From Patescibacteria group bacterium (GTDB taxonomy: Bacteria > Patescibacteriota > Minisyncoccia > Phycocordibacterales > PALSA-1337): 64,000 nucleotides of DNA. The notes beneath the pieces were generated by a model that saw only the letters and a program-made list of their open reading frames with translations, ran no database searches and was not told where the DNA came from. This document shows, piece after piece, positions 54,253-63,001 of this stretch; within the stretch, counting starts at the first letter, position 1; each line of letters starts with the position of its first letter. The stretch lies in the NCBI GenBank assembly GCA_038061795.1, contig JBBTYL010000003.1, positions 64,041-128,040 of the forward strand. The letters are read 5' to 3'. Made by a program: the position numbers and the translations under genes.

Positions 54253-54639
54253 ATGTCAGAACCGTCATTCACAATGACTAACACCACAAAAGCCAAGCTT
54301 CCCCGCTTGGCTTTTGCCGATATGAAAGACGCGGTTTTGGGCAAAAAATACGAACTGTCGGTAATCATAGTCGGGAAGAAAGAAATCCAGAAGCTCAACA
54401 AAGAGTATCGGGATATCAATAAGCCGACAGACATCTTGAGCTTCCCTCTCTCGGATAATTTTGGAGAAATTTATATTAATCCTGAAATGACGAAGCTTGA
54501 AGCGAAAAAATTCAATCGTAATTATGAAAATTTCTTCGGTTTTTTGTTTATCCACGGTTTGACGCATTTGAAAGGATTCGATCATGGTAGTACAATGGAG
54601 AGCATAGAGGCTCGTTTCCGAAAGAAATTCGGCATTTGA
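54253..54639 (+). CDS. ybeY: rRNA maturation endoribonuclease YbeY
   Basis: HGLTHLKGFDH (HxxxHxxGxxH zinc motif). Confidence 0.85.
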   Translation: MSEPSFTMTNTTKAKLPRLAFADMKDAVLGKKYELSVIIVGKKEIQKLNKEYRDINKPTDILSFPLSDNFGEIYINPEMTKLEAKKFNRNYENFFGFLFIHGLTHLKGFDHGSTMESIEARFRKKFGI

Positions 54640-54652
54640 GGCTCTCCTCTCA

Positions 54653-55837
54653 ATGTCACGATCAATCATTACCGGGATAGATATCGGAACTCACCATGTC
54701 AAGGCGGTTATTGCTGATTCACAAGAACGGAATGAAAAGGGATTTCCAAAAATACTTGCTATCGCGATGATAGAGTCTAGAGGGCTTCGCCATGGCTATA
54801 TCGTGAATATACAGGATGTCGTAGCCTGCATACGCCAAGCCGTAAACGAAGCCGAGAAAAGAGCCGATGTCAAAGTCAGGAAGGCCTTCGTCTCCATCGG
54901 AGGCATCGGGCTCGGAAGCATGACCTCGACAAGCTCGATGATCATCTCACGTGCAGATCTCGAAATCACATCTTTGGATATAAAAAAACTGCAAGAACAG
55001 TGCGAGAAGGACATCCCGGCTGCCGCGTCGCTCAACAAGAAAATCATCCATAGCATTCCGATCCAATACAAAATCGATGGCAAGGCGGTCCTTGGAAAGC
55101 CCGAGGGCATGAAAGGTAGCAAATTTGAAATAAAGACGCTGTACATAACATGTCTCGAACATCATCTGAACGACATCATCCAGGCTGTAGAGGAAGCTGG
55201 GGTAAGCGTCCAGGACGTCATGGCTTCGCCGATCGCTGCAAGCCTAGTGACGCTCACAAAATCGCAAAAAATCGCAGGCTGCGTGCTTGCAAACATCGGG
55301 GCAGAAACTGTTTCAATTGCCGTGTTTGAAAACAACATTCCTGTTTCGCTTGAGGTATTCCCTATCGGCTCGACGGATATTACGAACGACATCGCTCTCG
55401 GACTCAAGGTTCCGCTAGAAGAAGCTGAGCAAATAAAAATTGGTGCAATCACTGGCAGCTCATATCCGCGCAAAAAGCTTGAGGAAATAATATCTGCCAG
55501 ACTTTCGGATATTTTCGAGCTTATAGAGGCTCATTTGAAAAAGATCGGACGGAACGGCCTCCTGCCTGCCGGCATCATCATCACTGGAGGAGGATCAGGG
55601 CTTTCAGGAATAGAGGAAATGGCAAAGTCAGCCCTCCGCCTTCCTTCCCGCATCGGGCTTGTGGGCCTCGGAATACCAGACAAGCAGATTTTCAAGGATT
55701 CAGCCTGGGCTGTATCCTATGGCCTCTGCATCCTCGGCGTGCATGCTGAAGAAGACATGCCAATCGACAGCAGCACGAGGATATTCGAGCACTCAAAAAG
55801 GACAGTTATCGCCTGGTTGAAACAGTTTTTGCCATAA
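54653..55837 (+). CDS. ftsA: Cell-division protein FtsA
   Basis: Actin-like ATPase motifs (GIDIGTHHVK, ANIGAETVS, ITGGGSGL). Confidence 0.85.
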   Translation: MSRSIITGIDIGTHHVKAVIADSQERNEKGFPKILAIAMIESRGLRHGYIVNIQDVVACIRQAVNEAEKRADVKVRKAFVSIGGIGLGSMTSTSSMIISRADLEITSLDIKKLQEQCEKDIPAAASLNKKIIHSIPIQYKIDGKAVLGKPEGMKGSKFEIKTLYITCLEHHLNDIIQAVEEAGVSVQDVMASPIAASLVTLTKSQKIAGCVLANIGAETVSIAVFENNIPVSLEVFPIGSTDITNDIALGLKVPLEEAEQIKIGAITGSSYPRKKLEEIISARLSDIFELIEAHLKKIGRNGLLPAGIIITGGGSGLSGIEEMAKSALRLPSRIGLVGLGIPDKQIFKDSAWAVSYGLCILGVHAEEDMPIDSSTRIFEHSKRTVIAWLKQFLP

Positions 55838-55877
55838 TTGTCAATCCTTTTCTTTTTTCATTCCAGTCTGATATTAT

Positions 55878-57071
55878 GTGCCCATGCCCAACATCACCCC
55901 AGACATCGAAGCATTCGCCCGCATCAAGGTCATAGGCGTCGGCGGATCAGGAAAGAATGCCGTAAACCACATGATCAATTCTAAGGTTAAGGGGGTTGAT
56001 TTTATTTCCATAAATACCGATGCGCAGGATTTGCATCACTCTCTCGCGAAGAAACGCATACATATAGGGAAGAACCTCACTCGAGGACTCGGAACAGGAA
56101 TGAATCCCGAAATGGGAAAACGCGCCATTGAAGAGACAAAGGAGGACGTTCAGGAGGCTCTTAAGGGCGCTGACATGGTCTTTGTGGCATGCGGACTAGG
56201 CGGAGGTACAGGAAGCGGTGCAAGCCCTATCGTAGCTCGTACAGCTAAGGAGCTTGGAGCGCTCACGGTTGCCGTAGTCACCAAGCCATTCTTCTTCGAG
56301 GGACAACAGCGATCAAAGATAGCCGAGGTGGCGCTTGATGAACTACGAAAGGAAGTCGATGCGATCATCGTAATCCCTAACGACAGGCTTCTCACAACTA
56401 TCGACAAGAGCACGACCGTAAAGAACGCCTTTTCGATTTGCGATGAAATCCTCCGGCAGGCAGTCGAGGGGATTTCAGATCTCATCACGACGCCAGGACT
56501 CATCAACATCGACTTTGCCGACATTAGGACGGTCATGGAAAGCGCCGGATCTGCCCTTATGGGCATCGGGTCCGCAATCGGAGACAACCGAGCCGTTGAA
56601 GCCGCGAAAATGGCAATCAACTCTCCCCTTCTCGATGTCTCCATCACTGGCGCAAAGGGCGTTCTTTTCTCCATAGCTGGAGGCGAAGATCTTACCATGT
56701 TCGAAATCCAGGATGCTGCAAAAATCATCACGGAATCAGTCGATCCGAATGCCAAAGTCATTTTCGGTACTGTACGAGATGACAAACTCAAGAAGAACGA
56801 GGTCAAGATTACTGTCATTGCAGCAGGATTCCCTGAAGGAACGATAGGCATGCCTTCAGAGCAGGCTAAGCCACAGGGATTCTCAATGGCCGAGGCTCGA
56901 CCAGCACCCAAGGAAGAATCCCGAGGAAGAATCTTCAATTCAATCCCTGCACAGCAGCCTCCTAAGATTGAGAAAGTCGAGGAACGTAAAGACCTTAAGA
57001 ACGAAGTCCAAAACGACGATGATGACTGGGGTGCAGTTCCAGCTTTCCTACGACGTTCAAAGTTGAAATAA
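55878..57071 (+). CDS. ftsZ: Cell-division GTPase FtsZ
   Basis: IKVIGVGGSGKNAV and GLGGGTGSGASPIVA (tubulin signature). GTG at 55878, or ATG at 55884. Confidence 0.95.
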   Translation: MPMPNITPDIEAFARIKVIGVGGSGKNAVNHMINSKVKGVDFISINTDAQDLHHSLAKKRIHIGKNLTRGLGTGMNPEMGKRAIEETKEDVQEALKGADMVFVACGLGGGTGSGASPIVARTAKELGALTVAVVTKPFFFEGQQRSKIAEVALDELRKEVDAIIVIPNDRLLTTIDKSTTVKNAFSICDEILRQAVEGISDLITTPGLINIDFADIRTVMESAGSALMGIGSAIGDNRAVEAAKMAINSPLLDVSITGAKGVLFSIAGGEDLTMFEIQDAAKIITESVDPNAKVIFGTVRDDKLKKNEVKITVIAAGFPEGTIGMPSEQAKPQGFSMAEARPAPKEESRGRIFNSIPAQQPPKIEKVEERKDLKNEVQNDDDDWGAVPAFLRRSKLK

Positions 57072-57089
57072 TTTTGCTATAATCATCTG

Positions 57090-58010
57090 ATGTACGATTT
57101 AACAATAATTGGCGGAGGACCTGCCGGCGTTGCTGCGGGCGTTTATGCTGCACGCAAGGAGCTTAAAACCCTTTTCATAACGAAGGATTGGAACAGCCAA
57201 AGCGCGGTTTCAGAAGGAATCGAGAACTGGATCGGTACTGTCAAGATTTCCGGGGCTGATTTTGCAAAAAGCCTTGAAAAACACCTTCGTGCATATGCAA
57301 AAGACTCTGTCGATATACATACCAACGAGTCTGTTGAAAAAATCGAAAAAAATGCTGAAGGATTTAAGATAACTACTCCAAAAGGCTCATATGAATCAAA
57401 AACCGTCCTTATAACTGCTGGAAGCTTCAGAAAGAAGCTTGAAGCAAAAGGCGCTGATTTTTTTGAACACAAAGGACTCACCTACTGTGCCTCCTGCGAT
57501 GGTCCACTTTTTTCTGGACAAGACGTCGTAGTCATTGGAGGAGGAAATGCAGCTTTCGAAAGCGCGGCTCAGCTTCTTGCGTATTGCAAAAGCGTAACCC
57601 TGATCAATCGAACTGATAAATTCCGCGCTGATCCTGTTACCATTGAAGCAGTTTCCAGGAATCCTCATTTTAAGATAATAACTAATGCCATTTCAAAGGA
57701 GGTTAAGGGAAACAAATTCGTAAATGCTTACGTATACACTGATACGAAGACCGGAAAAGATACCGAATTGTCTGTTGCAGCTATTTTCGTAGAAATCGGA
57801 TCTGTCCCGACAACTTATTTTGCAAAAGATCTGGTCAAGACTACCGAGTACGGTCAGATAGTCGTCGATCCTCGAAATCAGCGCGCATCAGTCGATGGAA
57901 TCTGGGCTGCGGGAGACTGCACCGATGGCCTATACCATCAGAACAACATTGCCGCTGGGGACGCAGTGAAGGCTCTCGAAGATATTTATCTTTTCATCAA
58001 GGCTAAATAG
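57090..58010 (+). CDS. trxB: Thioredoxin-disulfide reductase-like flavoprotein
   Basis: IIGGGPAG, redox CASCDG, VIGGGNAAFE, and GDCTD. Confidence 0.8.
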   Translation: MYDLTIIGGGPAGVAAGVYAARKELKTLFITKDWNSQSAVSEGIENWIGTVKISGADFAKSLEKHLRAYAKDSVDIHTNESVEKIEKNAEGFKITTPKGSYESKTVLITAGSFRKKLEAKGADFFEHKGLTYCASCDGPLFSGQDVVVIGGGNAAFESAAQLLAYCKSVTLINRTDKFRADPVTIEAVSRNPHFKIITNAISKEVKGNKFVNAYVYTDTKTGKDTELSVAAIFVEIGSVPTTYFAKDLVKTTEYGQIVVDPRNQRASVDGIWAAGDCTDGLYHQNNIAAGDAVKALEDIYLFIKAK

Positions 58011-58014
58011 GTCG

Positions 58015-58749
58015 CTAGATCAGGCTCTCTGCGTAAGCTATCTCTTCCCTGCTATTCAGGCCCATGGCCTCAAATGGCTCGACGGAAATCTCGCCGATCG
58101 TTTGACCGTCATCTTGTGCAATTTTTATAATATCAGTCAGATAATATTCCCCCTGAGCGTTATTCGGACGTATTTTTTCAAGTGCAGTCCTAAGCCAATC
58201 AACACGGACAGCATAAAAGCCGGGGTTTACTTTCGATAGCACTCTCGTTGCCTCATCAGCATCCTTATATTCAGTCACTTTTTCGATTGAGCCAGATTCT
58301 GAATATATAATTCTCCCCCAGTGCTTGAAAATCGATTTCCAGCCACTAAAGTCGCCTCCATCGAGCGTCGCAAGGCCTATCGTATTATCCTCAAGGCACG
58401 AAAGAAGCCTGGCAACGGTATCTCCGGAAACGAAAGGATGATCGGCGTAAAGAATCACGACATTCTTCGTTGTCGGCAGAATGGCTCGGAGAGCAGTCTG
58501 GGCCGCATGAGCGGTTCCTTTCTGCTCTATCTGTCTCGCATATCTTGCGCGATCGCCAAGGTAGTTTTCGATGACCTCAGCCTTGTGGCCAGTGACTAGA
58601 AGAGGCTTGTTGACTAGGGCTTTTTTAAGATTGGCAAGCAGACGCTCTATTATCGGCACCCCCTTTACTGGCACGAGGCATTTCGGAATATCAGCGCCCA
58701 TCCTCGTCCCTTTTCCAGCGGCCAATATGATGATTTCGGTATTTTCCAT
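58015..58749 (-). CDS. Sugar-phosphate nucleotidyltransferase (GlmU N-terminal-domain-like)
   Basis: ILAAGKGTRMGADIPKCL signature. Start taken at MENTEI. Confidence 0.7.
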   Translation of the reverse strand: MENTEIIILAAGKGTRMGADIPKCLVPVKGVPIIERLLANLKKALVNKPLLVTGHKAEVIENYLGDRARYARQIEQKGTAHAAQTALRAILPTTKNVVILYADHPFVSGDTVARLLSCLEDNTIGLATLDGGDFSGWKSIFKHWGRIIYSESGSIEKVTEYKDADEATRVLSKVNPGFYAVRVDWLRTALEKIRPNNAQGEYYLTDIIKIAQDDGQTIGEISVEPFEAMGLNSREEIAYAESLI

Positions 58750-58767
58750 AGAAAAGAATTGTATCAT

Positions 58768-59289
58768 TTATTCGCATTTTTTCCATAATCCGAGCTTCGT
58801 ATCCTTAGATAGCTTTTCTACTTTCCTGAATTCCTTTTGCAACGAATATGCCTTGCCGTATGTATATTCCCGTGCAAAGCCGTTTTCCAAAAGGAACCTG
58901 TTCATGAACAATCCGTCATCCCGATAAGCATAAGCAAGCAACCTGCCGAACTTGTCGACATTCGATTTGTTTTTGTCGATCTTAAGCATCACTGATCGTC
59001 CGGAAAGCATGCTTTTCGTCATTTCGGATGCCTCCTTGCCGAAGCACTGCACCGGCTTCCTTGGATCGACAGTTTCCGGTGTATCGATACCGATCATGCG
59101 CACCGTCTCCGTTATTTTTCCCATCCTTATATCGAACGTATCTCCGTCGAGGATGTTTGTGACTTGGTATTTTTCATCAGGATCTATCTTGGAAATCTTC
59201 CTATCGTATTTCGATCTGGGAGCCGAAGAATATGATGCGTAGGCACAGGAAAAAGCAATAAGCGCGATTAAAATAATCTTATATCTCAT
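58768..59289 (-). CDS. Secreted thermonuclease (staphylococcal-nuclease-like)
   Basis: Signal peptide, then DGDTFDI...VRMIGIDTPE...GRLLAY. Confidence 0.75.
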   Translation of the reverse strand: MRYKIILIALIAFSCAYASYSSAPRSKYDRKISKIDPDEKYQVTNILDGDTFDIRMGKITETVRMIGIDTPETVDPRKPVQCFGKEASEMTKSMLSGRSVMLKIDKNKSNVDKFGRLLAYAYRDDGLFMNRFLLENGFAREYTYGKAYSLQKEFRKVEKLSKDTKLGLWKKCE

Positions 59290-59332
59290 TCTTCAACCAT
59301 ATCAAACAAAAATGAAGAAAAACCTAATTTTG

Positions 59333-59404
59333 TGACCCTACAGGGAGTCGAACCCTGCTTACCGCCTTGAAAAGGCGATGTCCTAGCCGATAGACGATAG
59401 GGCC
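59333..59404 (-). tRNA. tRNA-Glu(TTC), no encoded CCA
   Basis: Acceptor GGCCCTA/TAGGGTC, anticodon arm TCGCC-TTTTCAA-GGCGG, T arm CAGGG-TTCGACT-CCCTG. Confidence 0.85.
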
Positions 59405-59465
59405 ATATAACAAGGCCTATACTAACATATTTTTAAAAAATGGTAAAAGATGCTACAATTTTGGT

Positions 59466-59768
59466 ATGAAAGGATTCATCGAATTTATTCGTACACAGGG
59501 CGTAGTAGGTCTGGCAGTGGGATTCGTTCTTGGCAAGGCGGTTTCCGATGTCGTTGCTTCTATCGTTAATGATCTCATAAATCCGATAATCGGCATTGCA
59601 CTAGGAAGATTCGGGGACTTATCATTGATTTCTGCACATGTGCTTTCGGCAAATATAACGTACGGAAAATTCATTAGCGTCATAATCAATTTCATCATAA
59701 TTGCTTTCGTTGTCTACTTCGGGGTAAAAAAGCTTGACCTTGATAAGCTCGATAAGCCCAAGGAATAA
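59466..59768 (+). CDS. mscL: Large-conductance mechanosensitive channel
   Basis: FIEFIRTQGVVGLAVGFVLGKA...LINPIIG. Confidence 0.8.
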   Translation: MKGFIEFIRTQGVVGLAVGFVLGKAVSDVVASIVNDLINPIIGIALGRFGDLSLISAHVLSANITYGKFISVIINFIIIAFVVYFGVKKLDLDKLDKPKE

Positions 59769-59777
59769 ATAAAAATA

Positions 59778-60404
59778 ATGATCGAGTACGTCGCAGGATT
59801 GTCGTGGGGTACGCTTGTCGGATTTGCCATCGCTGTCCCTGTTGGGCCAGTGGGTCTCATTTGTATCCAAAGAACTCTTTCAAGAAATAGGAAATCCGGC
59901 CTCGTTTCCGGCCTTGGGGCAGCGGTCGCTGATGTGCTTCTCGCATCAATTGGCGCTTTCAGCATTACGATAGTCTTCTCGTTCATATCGGGACATAAGT
60001 CTTTTTTGGGAATTATCGGCGGTTTCCTTCTGCTTTTTCTCGGAATAATGTCGCTTATATCAAAGCCAAAGGAAAGAGCGGTCGAACCCGACACCGCCCT
60101 AGATTATGTCGATGAATTCCTCTCTGCTTTCGTCCTGACGATTACCAACCCATTCTCCGCATTTTCTTTTTTTGTGGCATTCGGCGCGGTGAGCAGCAAG
60201 ATTGGAGACGGATTGAGCTTTGCAATAACTTTCGTCGTCGGCGTATTTATCGGATCATGCCTATGGTGGATCCTCCTTACCTATGTAACTGATAGGATTG
60301 CTCACAGGATCACTCCGGAACATATCAAAACCACAAACAAGGTTTTTGCCTGCATCATCGCCATTTTGGGCGCGACCATACTTTTGGGTGTACTTTTCAA
60401 GTAA
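59778..60404 (+). CDS. LysE/RhtB-family amino-acid exporter
   Basis: 208 aa, about six TM helices, N-terminal AIAVPVGPVGLICIQRTL pattern. Confidence 0.6.
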   Translation: MIEYVAGLSWGTLVGFAIAVPVGPVGLICIQRTLSRNRKSGLVSGLGAAVADVLLASIGAFSITIVFSFISGHKSFLGIIGGFLLLFLGIMSLISKPKERAVEPDTALDYVDEFLSAFVLTITNPFSAFSFFVAFGAVSSKIGDGLSFAITFVVGVFIGSCLWWILLTYVTDRIAHRITPEHIKTTNKVFACIIAILGATILLGVLFK

Positions 60405-60425
60405 TTTTGGTATAGTAAAACGCAT

Positions 60426-60498
60426 GCGCGGTTAGCTCAGTTGGTAGAGCATCCCCTTGACGTGGGGAGGGTCACAGGTTCGAATCCTGTATCGCGCA
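60426..60498 (+). tRNA. tRNA-Val(GAC), no encoded CCA
   Basis: Acceptor GCGCGGT/ATCGCGC, anticodon arm TCCCC-TTGACGT-GGGGA, T arm ACAGG-TTCGAAT-CCTGT. Confidence 0.9.
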
Positions 60499-60507
60499 CA
60501 TTTAGGC

Positions 60508-60545
60508 AAGATAAAAGGGACTGGCGCAGGGTTTGCACCAGTCCC
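60508..60545 (-). terminator. Intrinsic terminator of the 60571-60789 ORF
   Basis: Minus-sense GGGACTGG-loop-CCAGTCCC followed by TTTTATCTT. Confidence 0.7.
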
Positions 60546-60570
60546 GATTGGGGTTAAAAATAGATTGGGG

Positions 60571-60789
60571 TTATGTTGAACTGAACTGGTGCGGATGAAT
60601 CTTGTTGCGGTTGTGTCGAGCTCCGATTGGCCTGAAGCCTCCGCCGTGAAGCGAGAAGCTATCCTGGTCGGTCGTGAGTAGCCTTGACAGCTTCGGGCTT
60701 CCTCCGCCCTGTGGCGTACCGGACTTAAGGCATTCGGCAATTTGTGCTTCGCTCAATACTCCTTCTTGGGATTTTTCTGCGTGTGCCAT
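60571..60789 (-). CDS. Small GC-rich hypothetical protein
   Basis: 72-aa ORF with an RBS (GAGAAGGAAAAAC-ATG) and a strong terminator. Contains GGG-containing low-complexity stretches. Confidence 0.5.
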   Translation of the reverse strand: MAHAEKSQEGVLSEAQIAECLKSGTPQGGGSPKLSRLLTTDQDSFSLHGGGFRPIGARHNRNKIHPHQFSST

Positions 60790-60917
60790 GTTTTTCCTTC
60801 TCTATTTTGGGGTTCTAACAGGAACGTCATGCTCCCGTAGCAGACTGTATTATATACCACATAAACACCAAAGTCAATAGCCTCTTTTCCACATTTAACC
60901 TTATAATCAAAGGCATT

Positions 60918-61964
60918 ATGATTACCTTGGGAATTGAAACAAGCTGTGATGAAACAGCTATTTGCTTGCTTGAAACTAAGGAAAATCAGTACCGCATCCT
61001 TGGAAACATCGTTCATTCGCAGATTGAATCGCATAGAGAATTTGGTGGTGTCGTTCCTATGCTTGCCAAGCGAGAACACATAAAGAATCTTCCTATCCTT
61101 TATGAAAAAATTATTAAGGAATCAGGGGTTTCGGAAAGCATGATTGACCGGGTAGCGGTCACTCAAGGACCTGGTCTCGAACCTGCTTTATGGACCGGAA
61201 TCCTTTTTGCACAAGAACTCGGAAAGAAATTAGATGTACCCGTTATTCCCATGAATCATATGGAGGGGCACATTGTCGCTTCCCTGCTTTCTCAATCGAA
61301 ATCGCACAGTGAATTTCAAACCTTAAAAGAACTTTCTCTGCCCGCACTCGCCGTACTTATCAGCGGAGGCCACACAGAAATAGTAAAAATAGAAAAGCTG
61401 GGATCGTATAAAGTCCTTGGAAGCACTGTTGACGATGCTGTCGGAGAGGCTTTCGATAAAGTTGCACGCATGCTTCAGCTTCCCTACCCAGGCGGACCAG
61501 AAATTTCAAAATTAGCAGAAAAGGCGCGAAGGGAAAGTATTCCGAACAAGATCAAATTGCCTCGGCCGATGATTCATTCAAAAAACCTTACGTTCTCTTT
61601 TTCAGGTTTAAAAACCGCTGCTTTGTACGCATTAAGAGAAATCGGAACGCCAACCACCGAACAAGTCATGGGTATCGCCCGCGAATTCGAAGATGCTGTG
61701 ACCGAGGTACTTATTTCAAAGACGCAACAAGCACTCGAGGAACATGAAGCTCAGACTCTCATAGTCGGTGGTGGTGTAATTGCCAATATTCACATCCGTG
61801 AAGCATTTGAGAATCTTGCTAACAAGTATTCTATCCCTCTTTATTTGCCCGCTACAGGCCTTTCTGGCGACAATGCGCTTATGATTGCCCTCTGCGGCTC
61901 CTTTGCAGATGCAAAAAAGCCCTCGAGCGAGGGCTTTAAAGCAAGTGGTAACTTATCACTCTAA
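60918..61964 (+). CDS. tsaD: tRNA N6-adenosine threonylcarbamoyltransferase
   Basis: LGIETSCDET, HMEGH and ISGGHTE motifs of the Kae1/TsaD family. Confidence 0.9.
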   Translation: MITLGIETSCDETAICLLETKENQYRILGNIVHSQIESHREFGGVVPMLAKREHIKNLPILYEKIIKESGVSESMIDRVAVTQGPGLEPALWTGILFAQELGKKLDVPVIPMNHMEGHIVASLLSQSKSHSEFQTLKELSLPALAVLISGGHTEIVKIEKLGSYKVLGSTVDDAVGEAFDKVARMLQLPYPGGPEISKLAEKARRESIPNKIKLPRPMIHSKNLTFSFSGLKTAALYALREIGTPTTEQVMGIAREFEDAVTEVLISKTQQALEEHEAQTLIVGGGVIANIHIREAFENLANKYSIPLYLPATGLSGDNALMIALCGSFADAKKPSSEGFKASGNLSL

Positions 61965-61977
61965 CTGTTTCTTTGGA

Positions 61978-62856
61978 TTAGTATCCGAAGAGCCACTTGA
62001 TGAAGTTCCAAATCCTTGTTCCGAATCCTGCAACCGATGCCGTCTGTGAGCTATCAGCTGATCCTACTTCAGGAATAAGCGGAATCGTGCCAGTAGCGTT
62101 TATCTCAGAACCGTTAGCATCGACTGTGATAGTTCCATCAGCAAGGCCCTTTCGATATGCCTCGATCTGAGCGATCTGGGCTGGAGTCAAAGCAAATGTA
62201 GACTTACAATAAATTTCGTTGATCTTCTTCTTTGTCGTGTAGAAAACCTGGCCTGTCGGAGTTGTTACACCCCATGGAGCCATGATTTCGTCCACATACT
62301 TTGCCTGGAATGCCTTTACAGCATCGACAGTCTTCTGATCAAACTTTCCATTGATATCAACATCAAGTTTCTCAGTATTCTTCAGGAATGTCTGGAGCTT
62401 TGTAACCTCAGCTGTGTTGTTTGTTCCATCAAGCTTCATGTAGTCGTTGATGTATGAGCAGCTTCCGAGATTCGTAAGAAGTGGAAGGGTTGTAGTAGCT
62501 GATAATTTAGCCTTCCTAGAAGATGATCCGGAAGCCCCGTTTCCACCTCCATTGTCTGTAGGATCAGGATTAGAAGGAGTGTTGTTATCAGTTCCTCCTA
62601 CCTCGTCGTTGTTAGCACCGCTGCCGTTTGGAATAATACCTGCACCCTCATTCTCATCTGAACCCTGACCACCAGGGATAAGACCTGAACCTTCAGAGTC
62701 GTTTGTGCCCTGACCAGAAGGAGTTGCTTCTTCAGAGGCGTTCGCTCCGACGACAGAAGGAGCTGCCTCCTGTGCTTGTACAACTGAGATCGTCAAAAAT
62801 AGCCCAATCAGAGCCACAAGAACGATCGCAGAAAGTGTTATTTTATTGGTATTCAT
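61978..62856 (-). CDS. Secreted protein with a G/S/N-rich region and a PG_binding_1-like domain
   Basis: Signal peptide, low-complexity region, then VTKLQTFLKN...DQKTVDAVKAFQAKY. Confidence 0.6.
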   Translation of the reverse strand: MNTNKITLSAIVLVALIGLFLTISVVQAQEAAPSVVGANASEEATPSGQGTNDSEGSGLIPGGQGSDENEGAGIIPNGSGANNDEVGGTDNNTPSNPDPTDNGGGNGASGSSSRKAKLSATTTLPLLTNLGSCSYINDYMKLDGTNNTAEVTKLQTFLKNTEKLDVDINGKFDQKTVDAVKAFQAKYVDEIMAPWGVTTPTGQVFYTTKKKINEIYCKSTFALTPAQIAQIEAYRKGLADGTITVDANGSEINATGTIPLIPEVGSADSSQTASVAGFGTRIWNFIKWLFGY

Positions 62857-62946
62857 GACTATTTATGAATTAATCTGCTGTTAATATAAGAAATAATGTA
62901 TTCGATAATACAGCGTGTACCCTATCATGCCTATGTAAAAATGTCA

Positions 62947-62979
62947 ATAAAAAAGCCCCTCCGCGAATTTGGGAGGGGC
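62947..62979 (-). terminator. Intrinsic terminator of the 63002-64000 gene
   Basis: Minus-sense GCCCCTCC-loop-GGAGGGGC followed by TTTTTTATT. Confidence 0.7.
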
Positions 62980-63001
62980 TTGTGGAAACCGTGGGAACTG
63001 A

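Noticed and set aside
56150-56938. 262-aa minus-strand ORF
   Set aside because: It is antisense to the unmistakable ftsZ gene. It is a Ser/Ala/Arg-rich shadow frame.
60432-60740. 102-aa minus-strand ORF
   Set aside because: It overlaps tRNA-Val and is out of frame with the better-supported 72-aa ORF, which has an RBS and terminator.
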